A stretch of DNA of 24,107 bases from Armatimonadota bacterium (lineage in GTDB: Bacteria > Armatimonadota > SYMT01), in contig JBKBRF010000071.1 in assembly GCA_046292385.1 (NCBI GenBank), forward strand, positions 1 to 24,107. Direction: 5' to 3'. The translations under genes were made by a program, and so were the position numbers. Shown piece after piece: positions 7,600 through 16,124 of the stretch. The notes beneath the pieces are model-generated. The model searched no databases. It was not told the DNA's origin and worked only from the letters and a program-made list of their open reading frames with translations. The first letter of the stretch is position 1. Each line of letters opens with the position of its first letter.

Positions 7600-8535
7600 A
7601 TGCTGACTCTGGTAACCGGTGGAGCGGGCTTCATCGGTTCTCACATAACGGACACCCTGATCGAGGACGGGCATCAGGTCCGCGTGCTCGACAACCTCGC
7701 CTCCGGGTCGCTTGGCAACTTCGCGTACCCTCGGCAGGTCGAGTTCGTCGACGGCGACATCCGCGATCCGGAGGTCCTGGCCCGGGCGATGCAGGGGGTC
7801 GAGGTGGTCTTCCACCAGGCCGCCGTGCCGTCCGTCCCCCGCTCCGTGGCGGACCCGGCCACCTGCCATCACGTCAACGTAACCGGCACGTTCAACGTGC
7901 TGCTCGCCGCGCGGGACGCCGGAGTGCGGCGGGTCGTCTTCGCCTCTTCCAGCTCAGTATACGGCGACACGCCAGAGCTCCCTAAGCACGAGGGGATGAT
8001 CCCGCGGCCGCTCTCTCCGTACGCCGCCGCGAAGCTGGCCGGGGAGCATTACTGCCGGCTCTTCTACCAGCACTACGGCCTGGAGACGGTGGCGCTGCGC
8101 TACTTCAACGTCTTCGGACCGCGCCAGAGCCCCAACTCCGAGTACGCGGCGGTGATCCCGAAGCTCACCACGATGGTGCTCGCGGGAGAGCAGCCGGTGA
8201 TCTACGGGGATGGAGAGCAGACGCGGGACTTCACCTCCGTGCGCAACGTGGTAGCGGCGAACCTGGGGGCGGCTTTCTCTCCGCTCGCGGTGGGTAAGGT
8301 GTACAACATCGCCTGCGGCGAGCGGATCAGCCTGAACCAGCTCCTGGAGAAGATCGCCGCGCTGGCGGGGCGCGAGGTGCGCGCCCGCTACCTGGAGACT
8401 CGGGCCGGCGACGTGCGGGACTCCCTGGCGGATATCTCCGCCGCCCGCCGCGATCTCGGGTACGAGCCGTCCGTCACCCTGGAAGAGGGGCTCCTCGAAC
8501 TGGTGGAGCCGGTGCAGGTCCGGATGGCAGCTTAG
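7600..8535 (+). CDS. NAD-dependent NDP-sugar epimerase, WbpP/UDP-GlcNAc 4-epimerase-like extended SDR
   Basis: LVTGGAGFIGSH, HQAAVPSVPRSV, ASSSSVYG, PLSPYAAAK (YxxxK), LRYFNVFGPRQ, YAAVIP, GDGEQTRDF, RAGDVRDSLADIS. Confidence 0.9.
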   Translation: MLTLVTGGAGFIGSHITDTLIEDGHQVRVLDNLASGSLGNFAYPRQVEFVDGDIRDPEVLARAMQGVEVVFHQAAVPSVPRSVADPATCHHVNVTGTFNVLLAARDAGVRRVVFASSSSVYGDTPELPKHEGMIPRPLSPYAAAKLAGEHYCRLFYQHYGLETVALRYFNVFGPRQSPNSEYAAVIPKLTTMVLAGEQPVIYGDGEQTRDFTSVRNVVAANLGAAFSPLAVGKVYNIACGERISLNQLLEKIAALAGREVRARYLETRAGDVRDSLADISAARRDLGYEPSVTLEEGLLELVEPVQVRMAA

Positions 8536-8587
8536 TCCGCTCACTCGCTCAAGTAAATCAACGGGCCCAGCCCGGGAGGATCATAGA

Positions 8588-9616
8588 ATGAATGCCCTGG
8601 TTACCGGCGGAGCGGGATATATCGGCTCCAACCTCTGCGATGCGCTGCTCGAGAGGGGCTATACGGTTAGCGTAATCGACAACCTGAGCACCGGCAGCCT
8701 CTCGAACATCGCGCACCTGCAGGGCGATCCGCGCTTCCGCTTCGTGCGCGGCTGCATCCTGGACAGTCCCGAGTTGCCGGAGCTGGTGCGCCGCGCGGAC
8801 AAGGTATTCCACCTGGCCGCTGCCGTCGGCGTGAAGTACATCTGCGACGATCCGCTCACCGGCATGATCGTGAACATCCGCGGTACGGAGCGGGTGATGG
8901 AGCATGCCGCGCGCTACGGCAAGCGGACCGTCATTGCCTCCAGCAGCGAGGTGTACGGGAAGTCGAACGGCACGCCGCTCCGGGAAGACGCGGAGCGCGT
9001 GCTGGGGCCGACCCACATCAACCGGTGGTCGTACTCCATCTCCAAGGCGATCGACGAGCATGTCGCCTACGCCTACGCGGCGCAGGGGATGCCGGTCTCG
9101 ATCGTGCGCTACTTCAACTCCTACGGCCCGCGGATCAGCGAGAACGGCTACGGCAGCGTGGTGGCGCAGTTCACCCGGCAGGCCCTGGCCGGCGAGCCGA
9201 TCACCGTGCACGGCAACGGCCAGCAGACCCGCTCGTTCACCTTCGTGGCCGATACGGTGCGCGGCACGATCCTGGCGAACGAGGTTCCCGAAGCGATCGG
9301 GGACGTCTTCAACGTCGGCTCGGAGTATGAGGTGACGATCCTGGAGCTGGCGCGGATGGTGCGCGACCTCACCGGCTCCCGGAGCGAGATCGTCTACGAG
9401 CCGCACTGGAAGTACTACGGCGAGAGCTACGAGGACACCGCCCGGCGCCGGCCGGACACGACCAAGAGCGCCCGCATCCTCGGCTTCCGCGCCAGCACCC
9501 CGCTGCGGGAGGGTCTGAAACGGACGATCGAGTGGTGCCGCGAGCACTACGCCGCCGCCCGGGTGAGCCGCCCGGAGCCGGTCTTCGCCCCGATCGCGGA
9601 GCCGATCGCGGCCTGA
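8588..9616 (+). CDS. NAD-dependent epimerase/dehydratase, UDP-glucuronate decarboxylase-like extended SDR
   Basis: LVTGGAGYIGS, HLAAAVGV, ASSSEVYGK, RWSYSISK, RYFNSYGPR, GNGQQTRSF, YEDTARRRPD; SD GGAGG. Confidence 0.88.
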   Translation: MNALVTGGAGYIGSNLCDALLERGYTVSVIDNLSTGSLSNIAHLQGDPRFRFVRGCILDSPELPELVRRADKVFHLAAAVGVKYICDDPLTGMIVNIRGTERVMEHAARYGKRTVIASSSEVYGKSNGTPLREDAERVLGPTHINRWSYSISKAIDEHVAYAYAAQGMPVSIVRYFNSYGPRISENGYGSVVAQFTRQALAGEPITVHGNGQQTRSFTFVADTVRGTILANEVPEAIGDVFNVGSEYEVTILELARMVRDLTGSRSEIVYEPHWKYYGESYEDTARRRPDTTKSARILGFRASTPLREGLKRTIEWCREHYAAARVSRPEPVFAPIAEPIAA

Positions 9617-9623
9617 CGGATCC

Positions 9624-9655
9624 GGGGAGCGGGAGGGCCCTCCCTCCCGCTCCCC
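9624..9655. other. Intercistronic 14-bp perfect hairpin without U-tract
   Basis: GGGGAGCGGGAGGG-CCCT-CCCTCCCGCTCCCC, 7 nt after the stop at 9616. Confidence 0.7.
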
Positions 9656-9693
9656 CACCCTCGCCTCTGCAAGTCTCCCCCTGGAATCCCCGT

Positions 9694-10857
9694 ATGGAGC
9701 TCCTGAGAAAAGTCGGCGAGTACGCGCCCCAACGCTGGCTGCCGGACTACCTCCACGGCCGCCTCACGCGCCGCCGCGCGCCGGACGGCGCTGCAGTCCA
9801 CCTCCTCTTCAGCATCGTCGACCATTGGGAGCCGTCCGTCGGCGGCGTCTCCGCGGAGGAAGCGTGGGAGCGCGTGCGAGACTGGACCACGCTCTACCCG
9901 CGGGCAGCCGCCGCGCACGCAGACGCGGACGGCGTGCCGCCGCAGTATTCGTTCTTCTACCCGCACGACGAATACCGCCGGGGCGAGCTGGCCGCGCTCT
10001 CGGAGCTGTGCGCGAGCGGCTTCGGCGAGGTGGAGGTCCACCTCCATCACCACGACGATACCTCCGCTTCCCTCACGGCGAAGCTGGAGGAGGCGGTCGG
10101 GCTCTACCGCGAGGCGGGGTGCCTCGGTGCGCGCCGCGATGGGACCGCCGCCTACGGCTTCATCCACGGCGACTGGGCGCTCGACAACTCCCGCTGCGAG
10201 CACGGCCGGAACTACTGCGGCGTGAACGACGAGATCCGGGTCCTCGCCCGCACCGGCTGCTACGCCGACTTCACCTTCCCGGTTCTCGGCGGAGAAGCGC
10301 AGCCGCGCTGGGTGAACCGCGTAATGTGGGTGACCGACGATCCGGACCGGCCGCGCTCCTACGACCGCGGGCAGCAGGCGCGGGTGGGCCGCGCGGCGCC
10401 GGGCGACCTCCCGCTGATCCCCGGTCCCGTGGCGATCCACCGGGACGGGCGCGGCCGCCCCCGCCTGGACGACGGTCAGCTCACCGGCGGCAACCCGTGG
10501 CGGCCGGACCGGGTCGACGCCTGGGTCGCGGCCGGGGTCCACGTGATCGACCGGCCGGAGTGGATCTTCGTGAAGCTCCACACCCACGGCTGCGCCGACT
10601 CGACCCGGCTGGCGCTGCTGAAGGGAGAGCTCGACCGGCTCTGGACCGACCTGGAGCGCCGCTACAACGACGGCGACCGGTACCGCCTGCACTACGTCAC
10701 CGCGCGGGAAAGCTACAACATCCTCCGCGCCGCGGAAGACGGGCTGGACGGCGATCCGGGCCGGTACCGCGACTACGAGATCGCGCCCCCTCGGCACCGC
10801 CGCGCGCGCCGGTGGGAGACGCTGCGCCTGTCCGACTGGGAGACGGTAGCGGCATGA
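9694..10857 (+). CDS. Hypothetical metalloprotein, probable divergent polysaccharide deacetylase (NodB/CE4-like barrel)
   Basis: Coding-like frame from ATG 9694; hydrophobic strand + DHWEP, SFFYP, GEVEVHLHH, FIHGDWALDN, GCYADFT, VKLHTHG, LHYVTARE fall in the order of CE4 motifs 1-5. Function is inferred. Confidence 0.7.
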   Translation: MELLRKVGEYAPQRWLPDYLHGRLTRRRAPDGAAVHLLFSIVDHWEPSVGGVSAEEAWERVRDWTTLYPRAAAAHADADGVPPQYSFFYPHDEYRRGELAALSELCASGFGEVEVHLHHHDDTSASLTAKLEEAVGLYREAGCLGARRDGTAAYGFIHGDWALDNSRCEHGRNYCGVNDEIRVLARTGCYADFTFPVLGGEAQPRWVNRVMWVTDDPDRPRSYDRGQQARVGRAAPGDLPLIPGPVAIHRDGRGRPRLDDGQLTGGNPWRPDRVDAWVAAGVHVIDRPEWIFVKLHTHGCADSTRLALLKGELDRLWTDLERRYNDGDRYRLHYVTARESYNILRAAEDGLDGDPGRYRDYEIAPPRHRRARRWETLRLSDWETVAA

Positions 10858-12599
10858 GCATTCCCCTGCGTCACCAGCTCACCCGGAGAGCGTGGCTCCT
10901 GGCGCCGCTCGTGGCGGCGGTCGGCCTCGCCTGCGCGCCGATCCACGGCTCCGCGGCGAGCGCGCCCGCGGTGTGGGCCTGCGGAGAGAGCCTCAAGGTG
11001 AAGCCGGAGCTCGCCCCGCAAGAGCGCAACAGCGTCTGGGACGCGGCGACCGGAGCGATTACCCTGCACGGCGCGCGCGGCGAGTACGTCGGTTTCCAGG
11101 TCGTCCCGTGCGCGGGAAACTCGCCGCTGGAGCAGGTGGAGGTGCGGATCTCCGCCCTCCGCGGACCGGGCGGGGCCGCCCTCGCCGCGGAGAACATCGA
11201 CCGCTTCCGGCAGCACTACCTGAAGGTGACGGTCCCCTCCGAGTTCGAGAAGGGGCATCCGGTGCCCGAATCGGCCGCCGGCGAGTTTCCGGTCCAGATG
11301 GTGCCGCTGCGGGAAGGCAAGCCGGGGCAGACGTTCAGCGTCCCCGCCGGCCGAAACCAGCCGGTCTGGATCGACCTCTTCATCCCGGAGGGACAGGCGC
11401 CGGGCGACTACGCCGGCGAGGTGGAGGTGGTGGCGGCCGGCCAGCCGCTGGCGAAGCTCCCGCTGCGGCTGACGGTCTGGCGCTTCACGCTGCCGCGGGA
11501 GACGCACCTGAAGACGTTCATCCCCGCCGGTCCGGAGCTGCTCCAGTGGGCGTTCGGGCTCGACCGCGGCGACGAAGCGGGCCTGGCGGCGCTGGAGGAC
11601 CGCTTCTTCCAGATGGCGCACCAGCACCGCCTCAACTTCCAGCCCTCCGCGGACGACGACCTCGCGGCGGAATGGGGCGGCCGGTACCCGAAGTATCTCG
11701 ACGGCAGCGCCTTCAAGACGCGCGCGGGGATTGGCGCCGGCCAGAACCTGCTAGTGACCGGCACCGGCGAGGGCGAGACCAAGGCGGAGGTCGTCGCGCA
11801 CGTCCGCCGCGCGTACGACTGGTGGAAGGCGCTGCCGAAGAAGCCGGACCTGGTCTGCTACGTCTACGACGAGCCGTCGGACGACGAGGAGTTCAAGATC
11901 GCCGCCGAGCGGGCGCGCTGGATCCGCGAGGCGCTCGGGCCGGAGCTGCCGCTGCTGGTCGCCACCACGCAGCCGCGCCGACTCCCGCCCGGCCTGATCA
12001 ACGCCTGGGGTGAGCTGCCGGCGCCGGAGGTGGCGCCCCGGCAGGCCGCGGGTGAGCGGATCTGGGCGACCAACTTCGGCTACGCCGGCGGGCCGTATGT
12101 CGACACTCCCGGCTACGCCGGCCGCAGCCAGGGCTGGATGGCGTGGAAGATGAAGCTCGACGCCTGGCACTTCTGGGACTCGTGCTACTGGGTCGACCGC
12201 CAGAACCTCCGCGGCCCGGACGGCAAGCGCATTGCAACGCGTACCATCTGGGAGAACCCGGCGAAGTACCTGCTCGACACCTGGAAGGAGCCGCTCACCT
12301 ACGACCAGTTCCGCGACCCGAAGCAGAAGTACGCCATCCGCATCAACGGCGACGGCGTGCTCTTCTACCCCGGTACCGGAGTGGGTCTCCAGGAGCCGAT
12401 TGCCGGCTTCACGATGAAGTCGCTGCGCCGCGGCCTGCAGGACTACGAGTACCTCTGGCTCCTGGCCAAAGCAGGGAAGCCGGCAGACGACGTGGTGAAC
12501 CGCGTCACCCCTAAGCCCAACGAGTGGGCGCGCGACCCGGACGCCTGGGACGCGGCGCGCCTGGAGCTGGGGCGGCGGCTCGACGCGCTGGCAGAGTAG
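10854..12599 (+). CDS. Exported glycoside hydrolase-like protein (GH123-related, DUF4091 C-terminus), twin-arginine signal
   Basis: ATGA overlap with upstream stop; TRRAWL + hydrophobic region + ASA; GARGEYVGFQV, QPVWIDLFIP..PGDYAG..V, LTVWRFTLP, YVYDEP (adjacent DE), NGDGVLFYPG, LRRGLQDYEYL. Confidence 0.8.
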   Translation: MSIPLRHQLTRRAWLLAPLVAAVGLACAPIHGSAASAPAVWACGESLKVKPELAPQERNSVWDAATGAITLHGARGEYVGFQVVPCAGNSPLEQVEVRISALRGPGGAALAAENIDRFRQHYLKVTVPSEFEKGHPVPESAAGEFPVQMVPLREGKPGQTFSVPAGRNQPVWIDLFIPEGQAPGDYAGEVEVVAAGQPLAKLPLRLTVWRFTLPRETHLKTFIPAGPELLQWAFGLDRGDEAGLAALEDRFFQMAHQHRLNFQPSADDDLAAEWGGRYPKYLDGSAFKTRAGIGAGQNLLVTGTGEGETKAEVVAHVRRAYDWWKALPKKPDLVCYVYDEPSDDEEFKIAAERARWIREALGPELPLLVATTQPRRLPPGLINAWGELPAPEVAPRQAAGERIWATNFGYAGGPYVDTPGYAGRSQGWMAWKMKLDAWHFWDSCYWVDRQNLRGPDGKRIATRTIWENPAKYLLDTWKEPLTYDQFRDPKQKYAIRINGDGVLFYPGTGVGLQEPIAGFTMKSLRRGLQDYEYLWLLAKAGKPADDVVNRVTPKPNEWARDPDAWDAARLELGRRLDALAE

Positions 12600-12760
12600 T
12601 GCGTAGGCTCGTATTGCGTAGTGCGTATTCCGTAGCGTTTGGCACGCCGGTGCTGCCGACAGCGTCGTGCCGATCGAGGCGCCTTAACAGCCCTTCGCCC
12701 GGCACGACGCCTCGCTTTACGGGATTTGCCCTTCGCTACGGAATACGCACTACGCAGTAG
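12596..12760. repeat. Heptamer-armed fold-back element, GTAKWSC family, copy 1
   Basis: Perfect 23-bp IR 12615-12637/12734-12756; inner 11-bp IR 12662-12672/12700-12710; 96-nt core; homologous to 14243-14399. Confidence 0.9.
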
Positions 12761-12822
12761 CAGCCACCCGCGAGGACGCTCGCCTGCTGGTTCCGACCCA
12801 ACCACTGGCCAAAGCACGCGGA

Positions 12823-14178
12823 CTACAGGATCGTCCCGATCGGCTGCCCGGTCGAGATCTTGAGCGGCCGGTTGGTCCGGTCGTAGACCTCCGTCTCCGG
12901 ATGGATGCCCATGCAGTGGTAGAGGGTGGCGGCGATGTCCGCCGGGCCGACCGGATCTGACGCGGGGTAGGCGGCTTCGGCGTCGGAGGTGCCGTGGACG
13001 CGGCCGCCCTGGATCCCGCCGCCGGCCAGGACCGTGGTGTAGACGCCGGCCCAGTGGTCGCGGCCGGCATCCTTGTTGATCTTCGGGGTGCGGCCGAACT
13101 CCCCCGTGGCGATCACCAGCGTCGAGTCGAGGAGACCGCGGTCGGTGAGGTCCTGCAGCAGGGTGCTGAAGCTGCGGTCGAACGGCGGCAGCAGGCTGTC
13201 CTTCATCGCGGCGAAGTTATTCCCGTGCGTGTCCCACGGGCCGCCGCGCGACCAGTTGACGGTGACGCACGGCACGCCCGCTTCGATCAGCCGCCGGGCG
13301 AGGATGAGACTCTGGCCGAAGGTGTCCCGGCCGAACCGCTCCCGCAGCTCCGGCTTCTCCGGGGAGAGGTCGAGCGCCTCCCGAATCTGCCGGCTCGCCA
13401 GCAGCTCGAAGGCGCCGCGCCGGATCGCGTCGAGCGCCTCCGCGGGCGCGCCCCGCTCCGCCAGCCGGGCGCCCCGCTCCACCGAGTCGAGCAGCGTGCG
13501 GCGGCGGTCGAGGCGCAGCGTCGGGATCTCCTTCGGCAGCGAGAGCTCCGGCACGCGGAAGTCGGGGCGATTCGGATCGCCTTCCACCACGAACGGCTCC
13601 AGCGCCGGGCCGAGGAAGCCGGCGCGCTGGCCCGGGATCTGGTTCCCGCAGACGATCTGCGTGCCGCCGACGACGATGAACGGGGGGACGGAGACCTTCG
13701 GCGGCCGCAGCGCGCTGATCACGGAGCCGTACGCGGGGTAGTCGTCGACACTCGGCACCGGGTTGGTGTTCGGCATCGGGTGCGGAAAACCGGTGAAGTT
13801 GGTGTACATCGCGCTGCCGTGCCCGTTGTCCGGGTGGGTCACGGAGCGCACCAGCACGTACCGGTCGGCCATGCGCGCCAGCTTCGGCAGGTGCTCGCAG
13901 ATCCGGATGCCGGAGACGTTCGTCTCGATCGGCTTGAACTCGCCGCGCACGTCGGACGGCGCGTCCGGCTTGAGGTCCCACATGTCCTGGTGGCTGGGAC
14001 CGCCGAAGAGCGAGATGAAGAGGAGCGACTTCGCCCGGCCAAAGCCGCGCGGACCGGCGGCGCGCGCCAGCGCCGGCGCGCCCCGGAGGCCGAGCATTCC
14101 CAGCCCGCCGAACCGCAGCAGCTCGCGGCGCGTGGTCCCGTCACAGACCCGGCTGGCCCGCCCCTCCACACGAATCAT
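12823..14178 (-). CDS. DUF1501 domain protein with twin-arginine-like N-terminus
   Basis: TTRRELLRFGGLGMLGL; GGPSHQDMWDLKPDAP..RGEFKPI..EHLPKLA; ARRLIEAGV; WDTH; GEFGRTPKIN..GRDHW; SD GGAGGGGAG. Confidence 0.92.
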   Translation of the reverse strand: MIRVEGRASRVCDGTTRRELLRFGGLGMLGLRGAPALARAAGPRGFGRAKSLLFISLFGGPSHQDMWDLKPDAPSDVRGEFKPIETNVSGIRICEHLPKLARMADRYVLVRSVTHPDNGHGSAMYTNFTGFPHPMPNTNPVPSVDDYPAYGSVISALRPPKVSVPPFIVVGGTQIVCGNQIPGQRAGFLGPALEPFVVEGDPNRPDFRVPELSLPKEIPTLRLDRRRTLLDSVERGARLAERGAPAEALDAIRRGAFELLASRQIREALDLSPEKPELRERFGRDTFGQSLILARRLIEAGVPCVTVNWSRGGPWDTHGNNFAAMKDSLLPPFDRSFSTLLQDLTDRGLLDSTLVIATGEFGRTPKINKDAGRDHWAGVYTTVLAGGGIQGGRVHGTSDAEAAYPASDPVGPADIAATLYHCMGIHPETEVYDRTNRPLKISTGQPIGTIL

Positions 14179-14242
14179 GACATCTCCCCTCCGGAAGACA
14201 ATGCGTCATACGGAGAGACACCGGGAGACGGGAGGGGTTTCA

Positions 14243-14399
14243 GTACGTAGTGCGTATCGCGTATTGCGTAGCGGCTCGCTTGCCGGTGTCTGCGCGGGCG
14301 TCGTGCCGGGCGAAGCGCTGCAAAGGCTTCTCGCCCGGCACGACGTTCTGTAACGAGGAAGCAGCCGATCGCTACGCAATACGCGATACGGAATACGAA
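14243..14399. repeat. Heptamer-armed fold-back element, GTAKWSC family, copy 2
   Basis: Perfect 21-bp IR 14253-14273/14370-14390; inner 15-bp IR 14299-14313/14331-14345; 96-nt core. Confidence 0.9.
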
Positions 14400-14400
14400 T

Positions 14401-15189
14401 TCACTCCGCGTCCTCGCGCGGGGCGTACTCCTTGCGCGAGAAGACGAGGAGCGCGAGGGCGAGGCAGACGACGATTACGCCGGCCAGGACCGTCCACGCG
14501 GTGCCCTGCGTGATCGTGGTGGGGCTCAGCATCTGCAGCAGATCGACCAGGTCCCCGTCTGCGTTCGCGCCTTCCGGCATCGGGTGCGGGGCCAACGTGC
14601 GGAGGTAGGTCATCAGGCTCAGGTACTTGAACGAGCCCGGGATCAGCGGGACCCACGTCTCCCAGCCGAACGCGAAGAAGAGGCCCCACAGGAGCGGTCG
14701 CGGCAGCGCGGTGGCAACCAACAGGAACAGGCTTCCGTAGGCCAGGGCACCGAGCGGCAGCACCAGCAGGTCGCGGCGCACCGCCTCCGCGAAGAGCTGG
14801 GAGGGGCCGAAGGTAGCGAGCGCCAGCAGCAGCGTGCCGGCGAGGATCGCGACCGTGATGCCGACGACGGCGCCCGCGAAGCGGGAGAAGAGGACCCGCG
14901 CGCGCGCCACCGGACGGGTGAGGAGATAGACGATCGTCCGCCCCTCGATCTCGCTGGCGACGACCCCAGTGCCGAACAGCACCGCCAGCACCACCAGGAT
15001 GAAGTTGAAGATCAGCGTCCCGGAGAGCGTGTTGTAGGCGGCCGGGGCCTGGAAGTCGTTCGCCCCGGCGGCGAAGCGCCAGATGAGTCCCAGGATCGCC
15101 GGCAGCAGCACCAGCGGGGCCGCGGCTAGGAGGCGCTTGGGGCGGAGCACGTCCCGGAGAGCCTGTTTGAAGAGCAGCAGATCCGGCAT
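14401..15189 (-). CDS. ABC-2 type transporter permease
   Basis: About 6 hydrophobic segments; EIEGRTIVYLLTRPVAR motif; start MPDLLLF at 15189 behind GGAGG. Confidence 0.85.
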   Translation of the reverse strand: MPDLLLFKQALRDVLRPKRLLAAAPLVLLPAILGLIWRFAAGANDFQAPAAYNTLSGTLIFNFILVVLAVLFGTGVVASEIEGRTIVYLLTRPVARARVLFSRFAGAVVGITVAILAGTLLLALATFGPSQLFAEAVRRDLLVLPLGALAYGSLFLLVATALPRPLLWGLFFAFGWETWVPLIPGSFKYLSLMTYLRTLAPHPMPEGANADGDLVDLLQMLSPTTITQGTAWTVLAGVIVVCLALALLVFSRKEYAPREDAE

Positions 15190-15200
15190 GGGTCCTCCGC

Positions 15201-16124
15201 CTACTTCTGTTCCGTCAGATAGCGGAAGACCGCTTCGAGGTTGTTGTCCGGCGACTCGAAGCCGTGGACGACGTGATCGTTCGCGAGCACCAGGTCCGCG
15301 AGCGAGGCGTAGAAGGCGTCCGCATCCCGCGTCTCCACCTCCAGCCGGCGCGGGTCCCGGTCGTCGAACCGGGCGCTCACCACAAATGGCAGGTAGAGCA
15401 GGTCGCGCGCTAGCCGCCGCGGCTCCTCGCAGAGGAGCGCGATGCGGTGCGGATGGCGGTCGATCAGCTCGCGAATCCGGTAGAGGTCGCCCTGCGCCAG
15501 CAGGCGCCCGCGATGGATCAGCAGGATGCGCCGGGTCAGCTGCTCCACCTCGTGGAGGATGTGGCTGGAGACGACGACGCACTTGCCCGTCGCCGCGAAG
15601 CCTTCGATCAGCGCCGTCACCTCGCGGCGGCCGACCGGGTCGAGTCCGTTGAGCGGCTCATCGAGCAGCAGCACTTCGGGGTCGTGCGCCACCGCCTGCG
15701 CCAGCTTGATCCGCTGCCGCATTCCCTTGGAGTAGCCGCCAATCCGGCGGTCGGCGTTCGGCTCCATCCCGACCAGCCGGATCGATTCGTCCGCCCGGCG
15801 GTTCCGCTCCGCGGCGGAGTAGCCGTTCAGGCCGGTCAGGAAGCGCACCCACTCCCGCCCGGTCATGTCTTCGTAGAAGCTGTCGACCTCCGGGCAGTAG
15901 CCGAGGCGGCGGTAGACTCGGGCGTTGGAGAACGGCCGCTCCTTCAGTACCTCCACCTTACCGGTGGTGGGCCGGAGCTGCCCGCTCACCAGCTTCATGA
16001 AGGTCGACTTGCCGGCGCCGTTGGGTCCGAGCAGGGCGGTGATGCCCGCGTCGATCTGGCAGGTGATGTCGTTCAGACCGATCACCTGGCCGTACCAGCG
16101 GGAGGCGCGCGCGAAGTGGATCAT
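15201..16124 (-). CDS. ABC-2 type transporter ATP-binding protein
   Basis: Walker A GPNGAGKST, signature YSKGMRQR, Walker B LLLDEP, H-loop SSH; ATGA overlap with upstream permease stop. Confidence 0.93.
   Translation of the reverse strand: MIHFARASRWYGQVIGLNDITCQIDAGITALLGPNGAGKSTFMKLVSGQLRPTTGKVEVLKERPFSNARVYRRLGYCPEVDSFYEDMTGREWVRFLTGLNGYSAAERNRRADESIRLVGMEPNADRRIGGYSKGMRQRIKLAQAVAHDPEVLLLDEPLNGLDPVGRREVTALIEGFAATGKCVVVSSHILHEVEQLTRRILLIHRGRLLAQGDLYRIRELIDRHPHRIALLCEEPRRLARDLLYLPFVVSARFDDRDPRRLEVETRDADAFYASLADLVLANDHVVHGFESPDNNLEAVFRYLTEQK

Noticed and set aside
9825..10853. Apparent 343-aa N-terminal extension making a 924-aa protein
   Set aside because: Arg/Pro/Gly-rich off-frame translation of the upstream gene; the true start is ATG 10854 with ATGA coupling and a signal peptide
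10854..10940. Lipoprotein signal at VGLAC of the hydrolase
   Set aside because: Gly at -3 does not fit the lipobox well; a later ASA peptidase I site is more plausible, though not excluded
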